DNA of 64,000 nt from Actinomycetes bacterium (GTDB lineage: Bacteria; Actinomycetota; Actinomycetes; S36-B12; CAIYMF01): contig JAQBEX010000086.1 in NCBI GenBank assembly GCA_032123675.1, positions 4,713-68,712 on the forward strand, written 5' to 3'. The notes beneath the pieces were generated by a model. It saw nothing but the letters and a program-made list of their open reading frames with translations. It was not told the origin of the DNA and did no database searches. How positions within the stretch are numbered: position 1 is the first letter of the stretch; each line of letters opens with the position of its first letter. Of the stretch, positions 33,694-44,722 are shown in pieces. The translations under genes and the position numbers were made by a program.

Positions 33694-36195
33694 TCAGAGC
33701 GTGGCCTGGACGTCCACGATGGATCCCTCGGGTGCGTACGGGACGGTGTTGCCCTCGATGGCGGCACCGTCCACGACGAGCGCGGCCCGGGCCCCGGGAG
33801 CCCCGGAGTTGGTGACAGTGATCCGATAGGTGGCTCCGCGCGCGACCCGGGTGACTTCCCAGTGCGGCACGTCGGGCCCGATCTGCGGGTCGATGATCAG
33901 GCCGTCGTACCCGGGTCGCACACCCAGCAGGTACTGGGACACCGTCACGAAGTTCCACGCTGCCGTGCCGGTCAACCACGAGTTCTTCGCCTCGCCGCGG
34001 CGGGGCGCCTCCTTGCCCGCGATCATCTGGGCGTAGTCGTACGGCTCGAGCCGGTGCACCTCGGAGATGTCCTCGCGGTAGGCAGGGGTGATCCGGCGGT
34101 AGTAGTCGAAGGCCCGCGCACCGCGACCGACCATGGTCTCGGCGATCATCACCCAGGGGTTGTTGTGGCAGAAGATGCCACCGTTCTCCTTGTAGCCCGG
34201 CGGGTACGTGGATACCTCGCCGAGTTCGATCTGGTAGCTCGTGTAGGCCGGGTACTGCAGGACCAGCCCATGCTCGGTGCCCAGCTTCTCGTTGACCGAG
34301 TCCAGGGCCCGGACCGCGGTGCTGCCGGCATGTGCCGGGTCGGTCGGGTCGGTGCTGGTCAGCCCGACCCCACCCATCACGGCCATCCCCTGCGACTCGA
34401 TCCAGATCTTGCCCTCGGCGTGCTCGTCGGTGCCGACCTTGTTGCCGTAGTAGTCGTAGGCCCGCAGGAACCACTCGCCGTCCCAGCCATGCTCGATCAT
34501 GGCCTCGCGCATCCGCGCCACGGCGGCACCGGCGTGCTCGGCCAGGGCCGGTTGCCCGGCCCGCTCGGCGATCTGCACGTACTCCGGGCCGATCGCGGTG
34601 AACATCGCGCCGATGAAGACTGACTCGGCCACCCCACCGGTCTGGTTCTCGGTGGTCTGGAAGGACTCCCCTGGTTCGGTGGAGAACGCATTGAGGTTCA
34701 GGCAGTCGTTCCAGTCTGCGCGCCCGATCAGGGGCAGCCCGTGCGGACCCAGGTTGGCGAGGGTGAACTCGAAGGACCTGGTGAGGTGGTCGAACAGCGG
34801 GGCAGACTGCGCCTGGTCATTGTCGAAGGGCACCTGCTCGTCGAGGATCGACCAGTCCCCGGTCTCCTTGAGATACCCGGCGACCCCCAGGATCAGCCAG
34901 AGCGGGTCATCGTTGAACCCGGTGCCGACCTCGTTGTTCCCGCGCTTGGTCAGCGGCTGGTACTGGTGGTAGGCCGAGCCGTCCGGGAACTGCGTCGCAG
35001 CGATGTCGAGGATCCGCTGCCGGGCCCGATCCGGGACCAGGTGCACGAAGCCCAGCAGGTCCTGGTTGGAGTCCCGGAAGCCCATCCCGCGCCCGATCCC
35101 GGTCTCGAAGAAGGACGCGGAGCGTGACATGTTGAACGTCACCATGCACTGGTACTGGTTCCAGATGTTGACCATCCGGTCGAGCTTCTCGTCAGTCGAG
35201 TGGACCGTGTACGTGGTGAGCAGCTGATCCCAGGAGGCACGCAGCTCGTCGAAGGCCGCTCTGGTCTGTTCCTCGGTCGCGAATGCACCCAGCAGCTCCC
35301 GGGCGCCCGACTTCTCCACGACCTGGCCGGCCGCGACGCCCGCCGACTCGTCCGCCGGCGCCCACTTGGCATCACGCGGGTTCTCGATGTACCCCAGGAC
35401 GAAGGTGAAGCTGCGCGACTCCCCCGGTGCGAGGTCAACAGCCAGATGGTGCGAGCCGATCGGGTACCAGCCAGAGGCGATCGAGTTGCCAGCGACGCCC
35501 GCACGCGGAACGGCCGCCTCACCCAGTGAGTTGTATGGCCCGACGAAGGTGTCGCGATCGGTGTCGAAGCCGACAGCCCGGGCGTTCACGCCGTACACGG
35601 CGTAGTGGTCGCGCCGCTCGCGGTACTCGGTCCGGTGGTAGATCGCCGACCCGTGGGCTGCGTTGAGGTCGACCTCCACCTCGGCCAGCGAGAGGTTGCG
35701 CTGGTAGTTGGTCTGGTCGTCATGGGCGTTCCACAGGGCGAACTCAAGGAACGAGAAGAGGCCCACCGACTTCGGCTCGGCCGAGTCGTTGGTCAGCGTG
35801 ACCTGCTGCACCTCGGCGTTGCGGTCCACGGGCACGAAGTAGAGCACCGACGTCGTCAGCCCGCCGCGCGACCCCGTGATCCGGGTGTAGCCCAACCCGT
35901 GGCGGGTCTCGAACGAGTCGAGCTCGGCCTTGACCGGCATCCACGACGGGCACCAGACGTCGCCGCCGTCATTGACGTAGAAGTACCGACCGCCGGCATC
36001 ATTGGGGATGTTGTTGTAGCGGTAGCGGGTCAACCTGCGCATCCGCGCATCCCGGTAGAACGTGTACCCGCCGGCGGTGTGTGAGATCAGCGAGAAGAAG
36101 TCCTGCGATCCCAGGTAGTTGATCCAGGGGTACGGGGTGCGCGGCGTCGTGATGACGTACTCACGGGCAGCATCGTCGAAGTGACCGAAACGCAT
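33694..36195 (-). CDS. GH94 cellobiose phosphorylase (cellobiose/chitobiose phosphorylase family)
   Basis: Start at ATG 36195 ([29 protein letters not shown]). Long blocks match my recollection of Cellulomonas/Cellvibrio gilvus-type cellobiose phosphorylase ([28 protein letters not shown]). Confidence 0.9.
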   Translation of the reverse strand: MRFGHFDDAAREYVITTPRTPYPWINYLGSQDFFSLISHTAGGYTFYRDARMRRLTRYRYNNIPNDAGGRYFYVNDGGDVWCPSWMPVKAELDSFETRHGLGYTRITGSRGGLTTSVLYFVPVDRNAEVQQVTLTNDSAEPKSVGLFSFLEFALWNAHDDQTNYQRNLSLAEVEVDLNAAHGSAIYHRTEYRERRDHYAVYGVNARAVGFDTDRDTFVGPYNSLGEAAVPRAGVAGNSIASGWYPIGSHHLAVDLAPGESRSFTFVLGYIENPRDAKWAPADESAGVAAGQVVEKSGARELLGAFATEEQTRAAFDELRASWDQLLTTYTVHSTDEKLDRMVNIWNQYQCMVTFNMSRSASFFETGIGRGMGFRDSNQDLLGFVHLVPDRARQRILDIAATQFPDGSAYHQYQPLTKRGNNEVGTGFNDDPLWLILGVAGYLKETGDWSILDEQVPFDNDQAQSAPLFDHLTRSFEFTLANLGPHGLPLIGRADWNDCLNLNAFSTEPGESFQTTENQTGGVAESVFIGAMFTAIGPEYVQIAERAGQPALAEHAGAAVARMREAMIEHGWDGEWFLRAYDYYGNKVGTDEHAEGKIWIESQGMAVMGGVGLTSTDPTDPAHAGSTAVRALDSVNEKLGTEHGLVLQYPAYTSYQIELGEVSTYPPGYKENGGIFCHNNPWVMIAETMVGRGARAFDYYRRITPAYREDISEVHRLEPYDYAQMIAGKEAPRRGEAKNSWLTGTAAWNFVTVSQYLLGVRPGYDGLIIDPQIGPDVPHWEVTRVARGATYRITVTNSGAPGARAALVVDGAAIEGNTVPYAPEGSIVDVQATL

Positions 36196-36311
36196 GGGGT
36201 GACTCTCTCTGGGCGGCGAGGATGCGAGGGCGCCGACCCCGGGCCAGCGCAGCGTCCCGACCATACCGCCGGGACGTTGCCCGATGCCGGGCGCAACCCG
36301 GCGTCACGGTC

Positions 36312-36878
36312 CTAGTCCGTGACCATCCCCTTCTCGAACAGGACGGCGAGGCCGGCGCGCGCTTCGCCCTCAGCCGCACGGACCCGTTGCTGCATCTCTC
36401 GGGCGGCCGCAAGTCGTTCGGCTGCCGCCTGCTCAACCGCCAGGCAGGCCTCGACCCCCTGCGTGCGATCGAGGGCGATCGCCGCCTGGTCGGCGTGGTA
36501 GCCCTGCACCTCACCAGCGGCGAGCTCGACGGCCCGGGCGAGCATGTACCGGTAGGCAGCCTGCACCTTCTTCGGCGTGGTCTTGCGCCGCAGTCCCGCC
36601 ACCTCCTCGGGCAGGGCCGAGCGCATGAAGACCAACGGGTCGGATCGGTAGCGCTGGTTCTCCGCCTCCTCGCGGGCCCGCGCGAGCTCCTCCTGCGCTG
36701 CGGCCAGCGCCAGCTCGGCCTCACGCACGGCGGCGGCGGCGGCCTCGACGTGGGGGGCGAACCGGTCGACCAGGGCCTGCGTCAGTCGCAGTGCCTCTGC
36801 GGAGTTCCCCTGCCCGCCGGGCGGCGCTTCGGGTGCCTGCCCCGATTCCGGGGCAGCGGACTCATTGCTGTCGGTCAT
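36312..36878 (-). CDS. Hypothetical Ala/Glu-rich (coiled-coil-like) protein
   Basis: Start at ATG 36878 (MTDSNESAAP), with a GAGG SD 6 nt upstream. No recognisable domain. Confidence 0.5.
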   Translation of the reverse strand: MTDSNESAAPESGQAPEAPPGGQGNSAEALRLTQALVDRFAPHVEAAAAAVREAELALAAAQEELARAREEAENQRYRSDPLVFMRSALPEEVAGLRRKTTPKKVQAAYRYMLARAVELAAGEVQGYHADQAAIALDRTQGVEACLAVEQAAAERLAAAREMQQRVRAAEGEARAGLAVLFEKGMVTD

Positions 36879-36943
36879 GGACAACCTCGTCGTTGGCGAT
36901 CGGGAAGGACATGGTCTCACCTCCCTGCCGGGTCACCCCGACA

Positions 36944-38113
36944 TCAGGCCGGGGCCCGCTGGGCGATCATCAACTCGGTGAACCGGTCGAAGAGGTAGGC
37001 GGAGTCGTGTGGCCCGGCCGCCGCTTCTGGGTGGTACTGCACGGAGAAGGCCGGCGCATCGAGGCACCGCAGCCCCTCCACGACGTCGTCGTTGAGGCAC
37101 ACGTGGCTGACCTCGACCCGGCCGAACTCCGTGTCCGACACCAGGTCCAGGGGCGCGTCGACCGCGAACCCGTGGTTGTGCGCGGTGATCTCGACCCGGC
37201 CGGTGGCCCGGTCGGAGACCGGCTGGTTGATGCCCCGGTGGCCGTAGCCGAGCTTGTAGGTCCCGAATCCGAGTGCCCGGCCGAGGACCTGGTTGCCGAA
37301 GCAGATGCCGAAGACCGGGATCCGCGCGGCCAGCAGGGCCCGAACCTGCGCGACCGCGTGGTCGGCCGTCGCGGGGTCACCCGGACCGTTGGAGAAGAAC
37401 ACGCCCACCGGCCCCTCGATCGCCCCGGCCCGGGCAACCAGCTCCTCGGGGAGGATGCCGGCCGGGAGCACGTGGACGCACATCCCACGCTCGGCCATCC
37501 GGACCGGCGTCATCGTCTTGATCCCCAGGTCGACGGCCAGGACCGTGGCGATCTGCTGGCCCACGGGCTCGATGACGTACTCCTGCGCCGTGGTCACCTC
37601 GTCGGTCAGGGCGGCGCCGATCATCGGCGGGCTGGCCAGCACCGTGGCATGCATCGCGGCGAAGCCCTGCTCGGCCTGGGCCCCCGAGAAGATCCCTGCC
37701 CGCATGGCACCCCGCTCGCGCAGGTGCCGGGTCAGCGCGCGGGTGTCCACGCCGCTGATGCCGACCACGCCAAAGCGCTCGAGCTCCGCGTCGAGGCTCC
37801 TCGTGGACCGCCAGTTCGAGGGCCGACGCGCGGGATCGCGCACCACGTATCCAGCCACCCAGATCCGGCTCGACTCCGGATCCTCGTCGTTGACGCCGGT
37901 GTTGCCGATGTGCGGCGCGGTCATCACGACGACCTGGCGGTGGTAGGAGGGGTCGGTCAGCGTCTCCTGGTAGCCGGACATGCCGGTGGAGAACACCGCC
38001 TCCCCGACGGTGGCGCCCACCGCCCCGTAGGCCTGGCCGGAGAAGGTCCGGCCGTCCTCGAGCACCAGCACGGCCGGAGCCGGCGACGTGGCCGTGGGGT
38101 TGATCGAGGTCAT
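36944..38113 (-). CDS. carA: Carbamoyl-phosphate synthase small (glutaminase) subunit
   Basis: It has the N-terminal [16 protein letters not shown] block and the GATase triad region (GICFGNQ, HNHGFAV). Confidence 0.95.
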   Translation of the reverse strand: MTSINPTATSPAPAVLVLEDGRTFSGQAYGAVGATVGEAVFSTGMSGYQETLTDPSYHRQVVVMTAPHIGNTGVNDEDPESSRIWVAGYVVRDPARRPSNWRSTRSLDAELERFGVVGISGVDTRALTRHLRERGAMRAGIFSGAQAEQGFAAMHATVLASPPMIGAALTDEVTTAQEYVIEPVGQQIATVLAVDLGIKTMTPVRMAERGMCVHVLPAGILPEELVARAGAIEGPVGVFFSNGPGDPATADHAVAQVRALLAARIPVFGICFGNQVLGRALGFGTYKLGYGHRGINQPVSDRATGRVEITAHNHGFAVDAPLDLVSDTEFGRVEVSHVCLNDDVVEGLRCLDAPAFSVQYHPEAAAGPHDSAYLFDRFTELMIAQRAPA

Positions 38114-38670
38114 CGGGAACCTCCCGCAGTCGGGACCAGCGCGGACAGGGCGCTGGCCGTGGCGATGTGCTGATCCGGGTTGTCGGCGCGGAAACCGGTG
38201 TCGACCACGCGATCACCGAGCTGCCAGGTGATGAGGATCAGCCCCCCGGCCTCGAACGCCTGCTGCGCCTGGCCGGAGCCGAGCCGGACCGCACGCAGGT
38301 CCACGCGCGGGATCCAGACGTCGACCTCGCCGGCGCGGCGGATGAGGGCACCCGCATCCGAGATGGCCAGCGCTGCCCGGCCGCGATGGCCCAGGCCGTG
38401 GGCCACGATCCGGTCCAGCAGGTCACCAGCGGTGGTGGTCGCCACGTACAGGCCGGCCACCTCGTCGGCTTCACCGCCGGCCAGGACCGAGTCGGGCGGA
38501 TCCGCCGGCGCCGGCACGTCAGCCTGCCGGGCCACACGTGCGCGCCACCCGTGCAGCATGCCCCAGGCGGCCAACCCGATGACCGCGACAGTGCCGAGTG
38601 TCAGCAGGATGCGCGGGCCCCAGTCGGTGACGGGCGCGGACTCCGCGGCCAGCATCGCGGCTGGGATCAC
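38110..38670 (-). CDS. Membrane-anchored hypothetical protein of the pyr operon (Rv1382-like position)
   Basis: 186 aa with one N-terminal TM. It has 4-nt overlaps with both pyrC and carA. Confidence 0.6.
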   Translation of the reverse strand: MIPAAMLAAESAPVTDWGPRILLTLGTVAVIGLAAWGMLHGWRARVARQADVPAPADPPDSVLAGGEADEVAGLYVATTTAGDLLDRIVAHGLGHRGRAALAISDAGALIRRAGEVDVWIPRVDLRAVRLGSGQAQQAFEAGGLILITWQLGDRVVDTGFRADNPDQHIATASALSALVPTAGGSR

Positions 38671-39961
38671 GACGGCTCCACCAGCACCCGGTCAGCGACG
38701 GTGGGCCGACCGCGCAGGAACGTGGCCACGACCGGCGTGGGCAGATCCCGGCCGGAGTAGGGGTTGTTGCGGCTCTTCGAGGCCGAGGCCCGGGCATCGA
38801 CGCTCGCCCGCCCGGAGGGATCGACGAGGACGAGGTTCGCCGGCTCCCCCGGGGCGATCGGGCGCCCGTGACCGGCGCGCCGTCCGATCACGGCCGGTCG
38901 CACCGACATGGCCTGGGCAACGCCCTCCCAGTCCAGCCGCCCGGTGTTGACCATCGTGTCGAGGACCACTGCAAGGGCCTGCTCGAGGCCGATCATCCCG
39001 AAGGCAGCGGCAGCCCACTCGCACTGCTTGTCCTCCATCGGGTGCGGGGCGTGGTCGGTGGCCACGATGTCGATCGTGGCGTCAGCAAGGCCCGCGCGCA
39101 CCGCCTCGACATCCGCGGCCGTGCGCAGCGGCGGGTTCACCTTGTACACCGGGTCGTAGGTCGTGGCGAGCTCCTCGGTGAGCAGCAGGTGGTGCGGGGT
39201 CACCTCCGCCGTGACGTCGATCCCGCGGGACTTGGCCCAGCGGATGATCTCGACCGAGCCGGCGGTTGAGACGTGGCACACGTGCAGCCGCGATCCGACA
39301 TGCTCAGCCAGGAGCACGTCACGGGCGATGATCGCCTCCTCCGCGACAGCCGGCCATCCGCGAAGGCCGAGCCGACCGGACAGCACGCCCTCGTTCATCT
39401 GCGAGCCCTCGGTCAGGCGCGGCTCCTGGGAGTGCTGTGCGATCACGCCGTCGAAGGCCTTCACGTACTCCAGCGAGCGGCGCATCAGCACCGCATCGGA
39501 GACGCACATGCCGTCGTCGGAGAACACCCGCACGGCCGCCGCGGAGTCGGCCATCGCACCAAGCTCGGCGAGCCGCTGACCGCCCAGGCCGACCGTGACA
39601 GCTCCCACCGGGAAGACGTCCACCAGCCCAGCGCGCTTGCCCAGGTGCCAGACCTGCTCGACGACACCGGCTGTGTCGGCGACCGGTTCGGTGTTCGCCA
39701 TCGCGTGGACCGCGGTGAAGCCGCCGAGCGCGGCCGCCCGCGACCCGGTGGCCACGGTCTCGGAGTCCTCGCGTCCCGGCTCGCGCAGGTGCGTGTGCAG
39801 GTCCACCAGGCCCGGTAGGGCGATCAGCCCGTCAGCGGGCACCACGGTCGCGTCGGGGGCAGAGACCGTTCCCGGCTCGCCCACCTCCGCGATCGTCCCC
39901 TGCGAGAGGAGCAGGTCGACCGGCGGGCCGCCAAGTGGACGGACACCGGTGATCAGGTAGG

Positions 39962-39965
<4 letters not shown>
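38667..39965 (-). CDS. pyrC: Dihydroorotase
   Basis: The metal-binding [10 protein letters not shown] motif and the VATDHAPH motif are present. Confidence 0.95.
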
Positions 39966-41472
<1,507 letters not shown>

Positions 41473-41539
41473 TCGTCGGGTATCGACGTCGGGGACCATC
41501 CTAGCCACGGCCGGGCCGCGCCCGACGCAGACCCACGCG

Positions 41540-42028
41540 TCAGTCGATGGTGCGCCGGGCGTCCGGGTTCAGCACGCCCCAGCCCACGAACTGGTCGGCC
41601 AGCGCACCGGGCGCCTCGTCGTAGATCACGGCCAGGGTGCGCAGGTCGTCCTGGCGGATCGACAGGATCCGTCCGTTGTAGTCGCCCCGCTGGGCCTGGA
41701 TCGCCGCCACGTAGCGCGCGAGTGGGCCGGCCTTGGCCGAGGGCGCCTGCCCGAGGCGTTCCAGGTCGATCACCAGGCGGGGCGGCGGCTCGCTGATGGC
41801 AGCAGATGCCGGCTCCGGCAGCAGCTCGGCCATCGGCACCCCGTAGAAGTCGGCCAGCTCAGCCAGCCGCTGGACGGTGACGGCGCGGTCACCGCGCTCG
41901 TAGGAGCCGACGACAACGGCCTTCCAGGTGCCCTGGGACTTGGCTTCCACGCCCTGCAGGGACAGGCCCTGCTGGTTGCGCACGGCCCGAAGCTTTATCC
42001 CCAGCGCCCTCGCGTAGTCGTTCGACAT
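41540..42028 (-). CDS. bldD: BldD-family developmental/c-di-GMP-responsive transcriptional regulator
   Basis: It reads LGIKLRAVRNQQGLSLQGVEAKSQGTWKAVVVGSYERGDRAVTVQRLAELADFYGVP (XRE HTH). The C-terminal domain carries RGD-x8-RQDD (QRGDYNGRILSIRQDD). It is adjacent to pyrR, as for SCO1489. Confidence 0.9.
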   Translation of the reverse strand: MSNDYARALGIKLRAVRNQQGLSLQGVEAKSQGTWKAVVVGSYERGDRAVTVQRLAELADFYGVPMAELLPEPASAAISEPPPRLVIDLERLGQAPSAKAGPLARYVAAIQAQRGDYNGRILSIRQDDLRTLAVIYDEAPGALADQFVGWGVLNPDARRTID

Positions 42029-42052
42029 TGCCGCTCCTCACGTCGGATCACC

Positions 42053-42082
42053 ACGTTACGGAGAGTGACCGTGCCTCTGCAA
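42053..42082 (-). promoter_or_regulatory. Candidate bldD promoter (TTGCAG-N18-TAACGT) overlapping a BldD-box palindrome
   Basis: The minus strand has TTGCAG (42082..42077) and TAACGT (42058..42053). The plus strand has TTACggagaGTGA at 42056..42068, matching TNAC-N5-GTNA. All of this lies inside the 66-nt pyk-bldD gap. Confidence 0.45.
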
Positions 42083-42094
42083 CCCGGGGAGCAG

Positions 42095-43531
42095 CTATGT
42101 GATGGTCCGCTCGACCGACCCGGCACCGATGTGGTGCACACGGATGCTGTTGGTGGTCCCGGCCACGCCCGGCGGAACCCCGGCGACCAGGACACACGTC
42201 TGCCCCTCATCCGCGCGGTCCCCGGCCAGGAGTTCGGCATCGATCTGCTCGACCATCTGGTCGGTGTGCGAGGCCGGGGCGACCAGGAACGTCTCCAGCC
42301 CCCACACGACCGACAACTGGCTGCGCACTGACGCGTTGGGCGTGAACACGAGCATCGGGATCTTCGGGCGCGACGCCGCCATGATCCGTGCGCTCACCCC
42401 GGTCTCGGAGAACGCGATCAGGAAGCTGGCCTTGAGGGACTTGGCCACGTCGACCGCCTCCTTGGTGATGGCCTCGCCGACGGTCATCTCCTTCTTCTTG
42501 GGCAGCTTGGGCATCCGTTCGAGGCCCCGCTCCTCGGTGTAGTCCACGATCCTGGCCATGGTCGACACCACGATGTTCGGGTGCTTGCCCACGCTGGTCT
42601 CACCGGAGAGCATGACCGCATCAGCGCCATCCAGGATGGCGTTGGCCACATCCGAGGCCTCTGCCCGCGTGGGGCGGGAGTTCTCCATCATCGACTCGAG
42701 CATCTGGGTGGCCACGATCACCGGCTTGCCGGCCTCGCGGCACATCTGGATGGCCTCCTTCTGCACGATGGGCACCTCCTCGAGCGGAAGCTCCACACCA
42801 AGGTCTCCGCGAGCGACCATGACGCCGTCGAACGCCGCGACGATGCCGCCGAGGTTCTCGACCGCCTGCGGCTTCTCGACCTTGGCCAGCACGGGGATCC
42901 GCCGACCCATCTGGTCCATGATCGCGTGCACGTCGGCGACGTCATCCGCGGATCGCACGAACGACAGGAACACGAAGTCGACCCCGATCCGCAGCGCCCA
43001 GCGCAGGTCGTCCTTGTCCTTCTGCGACAGCGCCGGGACGCTCACGGCAACCCCGGGCAGGTTGATGCCCTTGTTGTTGCTGACCGGCCCACCCTCGATG
43101 ACGCGGGTCCGCACCCGCGGGCCGGCCACCTCGACCACCTCGAGCTTGACCTTGCCATCGTCGACCAGCACGGTGTCGCCGACGTTGCAGTCGCCCGGCA
43201 GCCCCTTGTGGGTCGTGGAGCACTGCGTGACGTCTCCGTCGACGTCCTCGGTGGTGATCGTGAACTCCGCGCCGTCCTCGAGCAGCACGGGGCCGTCGGA
43301 GAACCGCCCCAGCCGGATCTTCGGACCCTGCAGGTCGGCGACGATGCCGACGCCAGCCCCCAACTCGTTGGATGCCCGGCGCACGTTGGCGTAGGACTCC
43401 GCATGAACGGAGTGCTCGCCGTGGGACATGTTCAGGCGGGCGACGTTCATCCCCGCCTGGATCAACGCCTTGATCTGCTCGTAGGAGGAGGTGGCTGGAC
43501 CCAGGGTGCACACAATCTTGGCTCGACGCAT
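42095..43531 (-). CDS. pyk: Pyruvate kinase
   Basis: It reads MRRAKIVCTLGPAT...MNVARLNMSHG...MVARGDLGVE. Confidence 0.96.
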   Translation of the reverse strand: MRRAKIVCTLGPATSSYEQIKALIQAGMNVARLNMSHGEHSVHAESYANVRRASNELGAGVGIVADLQGPKIRLGRFSDGPVLLEDGAEFTITTEDVDGDVTQCSTTHKGLPGDCNVGDTVLVDDGKVKLEVVEVAGPRVRTRVIEGGPVSNNKGINLPGVAVSVPALSQKDKDDLRWALRIGVDFVFLSFVRSADDVADVHAIMDQMGRRIPVLAKVEKPQAVENLGGIVAAFDGVMVARGDLGVELPLEEVPIVQKEAIQMCREAGKPVIVATQMLESMMENSRPTRAEASDVANAILDGADAVMLSGETSVGKHPNIVVSTMARIVDYTEERGLERMPKLPKKKEMTVGEAITKEAVDVAKSLKASFLIAFSETGVSARIMAASRPKIPMLVFTPNASVRSQLSVVWGLETFLVAPASHTDQMVEQIDAELLAGDRADEGQTCVLVAGVPPGVAGTTNSIRVHHIGAGSVERTIT

Positions 43532-43633
43532 GAGCGCCAGACTAGCCAGCCCGGCCCGGGGCTGCTGGCTGAGCGGCCCCTGCTCGGCAAGGACCCGCCG
43601 AACACGTCATGGGCGCGGGCAGGTCGGTCCGGA

Positions 43634-44722
43634 TCAGCGCTCGCCCAGCATCCGCCCGACGTCCGAGGACCGGCCCGCCGCGCGCGCCCGCAGCACCCGG
43701 CGCGGAGTGCTGGTCAGCGCGTTGAGCAGCAGCAGGTAGGCCGTGACCAGGAGGTAGCCCACAACCTCGGGGGCCGCGACCAGGGCGGGCATCACACCCG
43801 CTCGGACGATAGCCCAGGACCCCACGATCCCGGCTGCGACCGGCCAGATCCACGAGCGGGCGCGAACCCGTTGCGGCAGTCCGCGCAGCGCCCGACGTTG
43901 CCCGGCGGTCAGGGCACGCCACCACCGCATGCTCGCCACCGGCAGCAGGAGCAGCGCCACAACCGCCAGGATCCGGGCGATCAGGTCGAGCCCAGCCGCG
44001 GCTGCCACGAGCGCCGGGATGGGGGCGAGCAGCATCCAGCGACCCGTCCGCCGAGCGATCAGGACGACCAGGGCGTCGAGGTTGTGTCGCGCGCTCGCGC
44101 CCTGCGGGTTCACGGCCAGCGCAGCGGCGAGGTGACGGGCAGCCTCGGCTGGAGATCCACCCTGCATCTCGAGGACGGCGAGGTTGTTCAGGGCCGCCGT
44201 GTTGCCGGGATCACGTTGCAGGGCCTCGAGGTAGGACACCCGGGCGCCGGCGACGTCGCCCTCGGCTGCCAGGGCCACGCCGATCTGCAACTGGGCATCG
44301 ATGCTGTTCGGCTCCAGCGCAACCGCCTCGCGTGCGGCCGCCAGCTGATGAGCCAGCGCCTGCGGGCGTGCCGACTCGGCCCACGCCCGGGACAGCGCCA
44401 GGTGGTTCGCGGCGTTCCCGGGGTCGACCTCCACCGCCCGCACAGCCAGGCCGATCGCCTCATCGACCCACCCGACGTCGAGCAGGACCAGGGTGGCCAG
44501 CCGAAGGGCGTATGGATCCTGCGGGCTGATCGCCAGCATCCGCTGAGATGCGTTCAGCGCCTCCTGGCGCGAGCCCTGGGCACGCAACGTCCGCACGAGC
44601 AGGCCAAGGAGCCGGGGGTCATCGGGGCTGGCTGCCAGTGCCGCACCGAGGGCAGCCTGGGCCGCATCCCATCGCTGGGCGGCGACCAGCGCCTCGGGCA
44701 GCGAATAGGGATCGGCGCTCAC
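43634..44722 (-). CDS. TPR-repeat protein with a C-terminal multi-pass membrane domain (hypothetical)
   Basis: Start at GTG 44722, overlapping the stop of the upstream AAA+ gene (GTGA). It has about 5-6 TPR-like repeats followed by about 4 hydrophobic helices. Confidence 0.7.
   Translation of the reverse strand: MSADPYSLPEALVAAQRWDAAQAALGAALAASPDDPRLLGLLVRTLRAQGSRQEALNASQRMLAISPQDPYALRLATLVLLDVGWVDEAIGLAVRAVEVDPGNAANHLALSRAWAESARPQALAHQLAAAREAVALEPNSIDAQLQIGVALAAEGDVAGARVSYLEALQRDPGNTAALNNLAVLEMQGGSPAEAARHLAAALAVNPQGASARHNLDALVVLIARRTGRWMLLAPIPALVAAAAGLDLIARILAVVALLLLPVASMRWWRALTAGQRRALRGLPQRVRARSWIWPVAAGIVGSWAIVRAGVMPALVAAPEVVGYLLVTAYLLLLNALTSTPRRVLRARAAGRSSDVGRMLGER

Noticed and set aside
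36862-36912. 16-codon out-of-frame ORF (MSFPIANDEVVHDRQQ*) with a GGGAGG SD, overlapping the start of the coiled-coil gene
   Set aside because: There is no supporting structure or repeat, unlike the carB uORF. It is probably a chance ORF, and the SD may serve read-through from carA.
32620-36943. Calling the carA-carB insert a mobile element or genomic island
   Set aside because: I could see no transposase, integrase, tRNA, inverted repeats or target-site duplications. The only repeat nearby is the pyrR-leader copy, which does not flank the insert.
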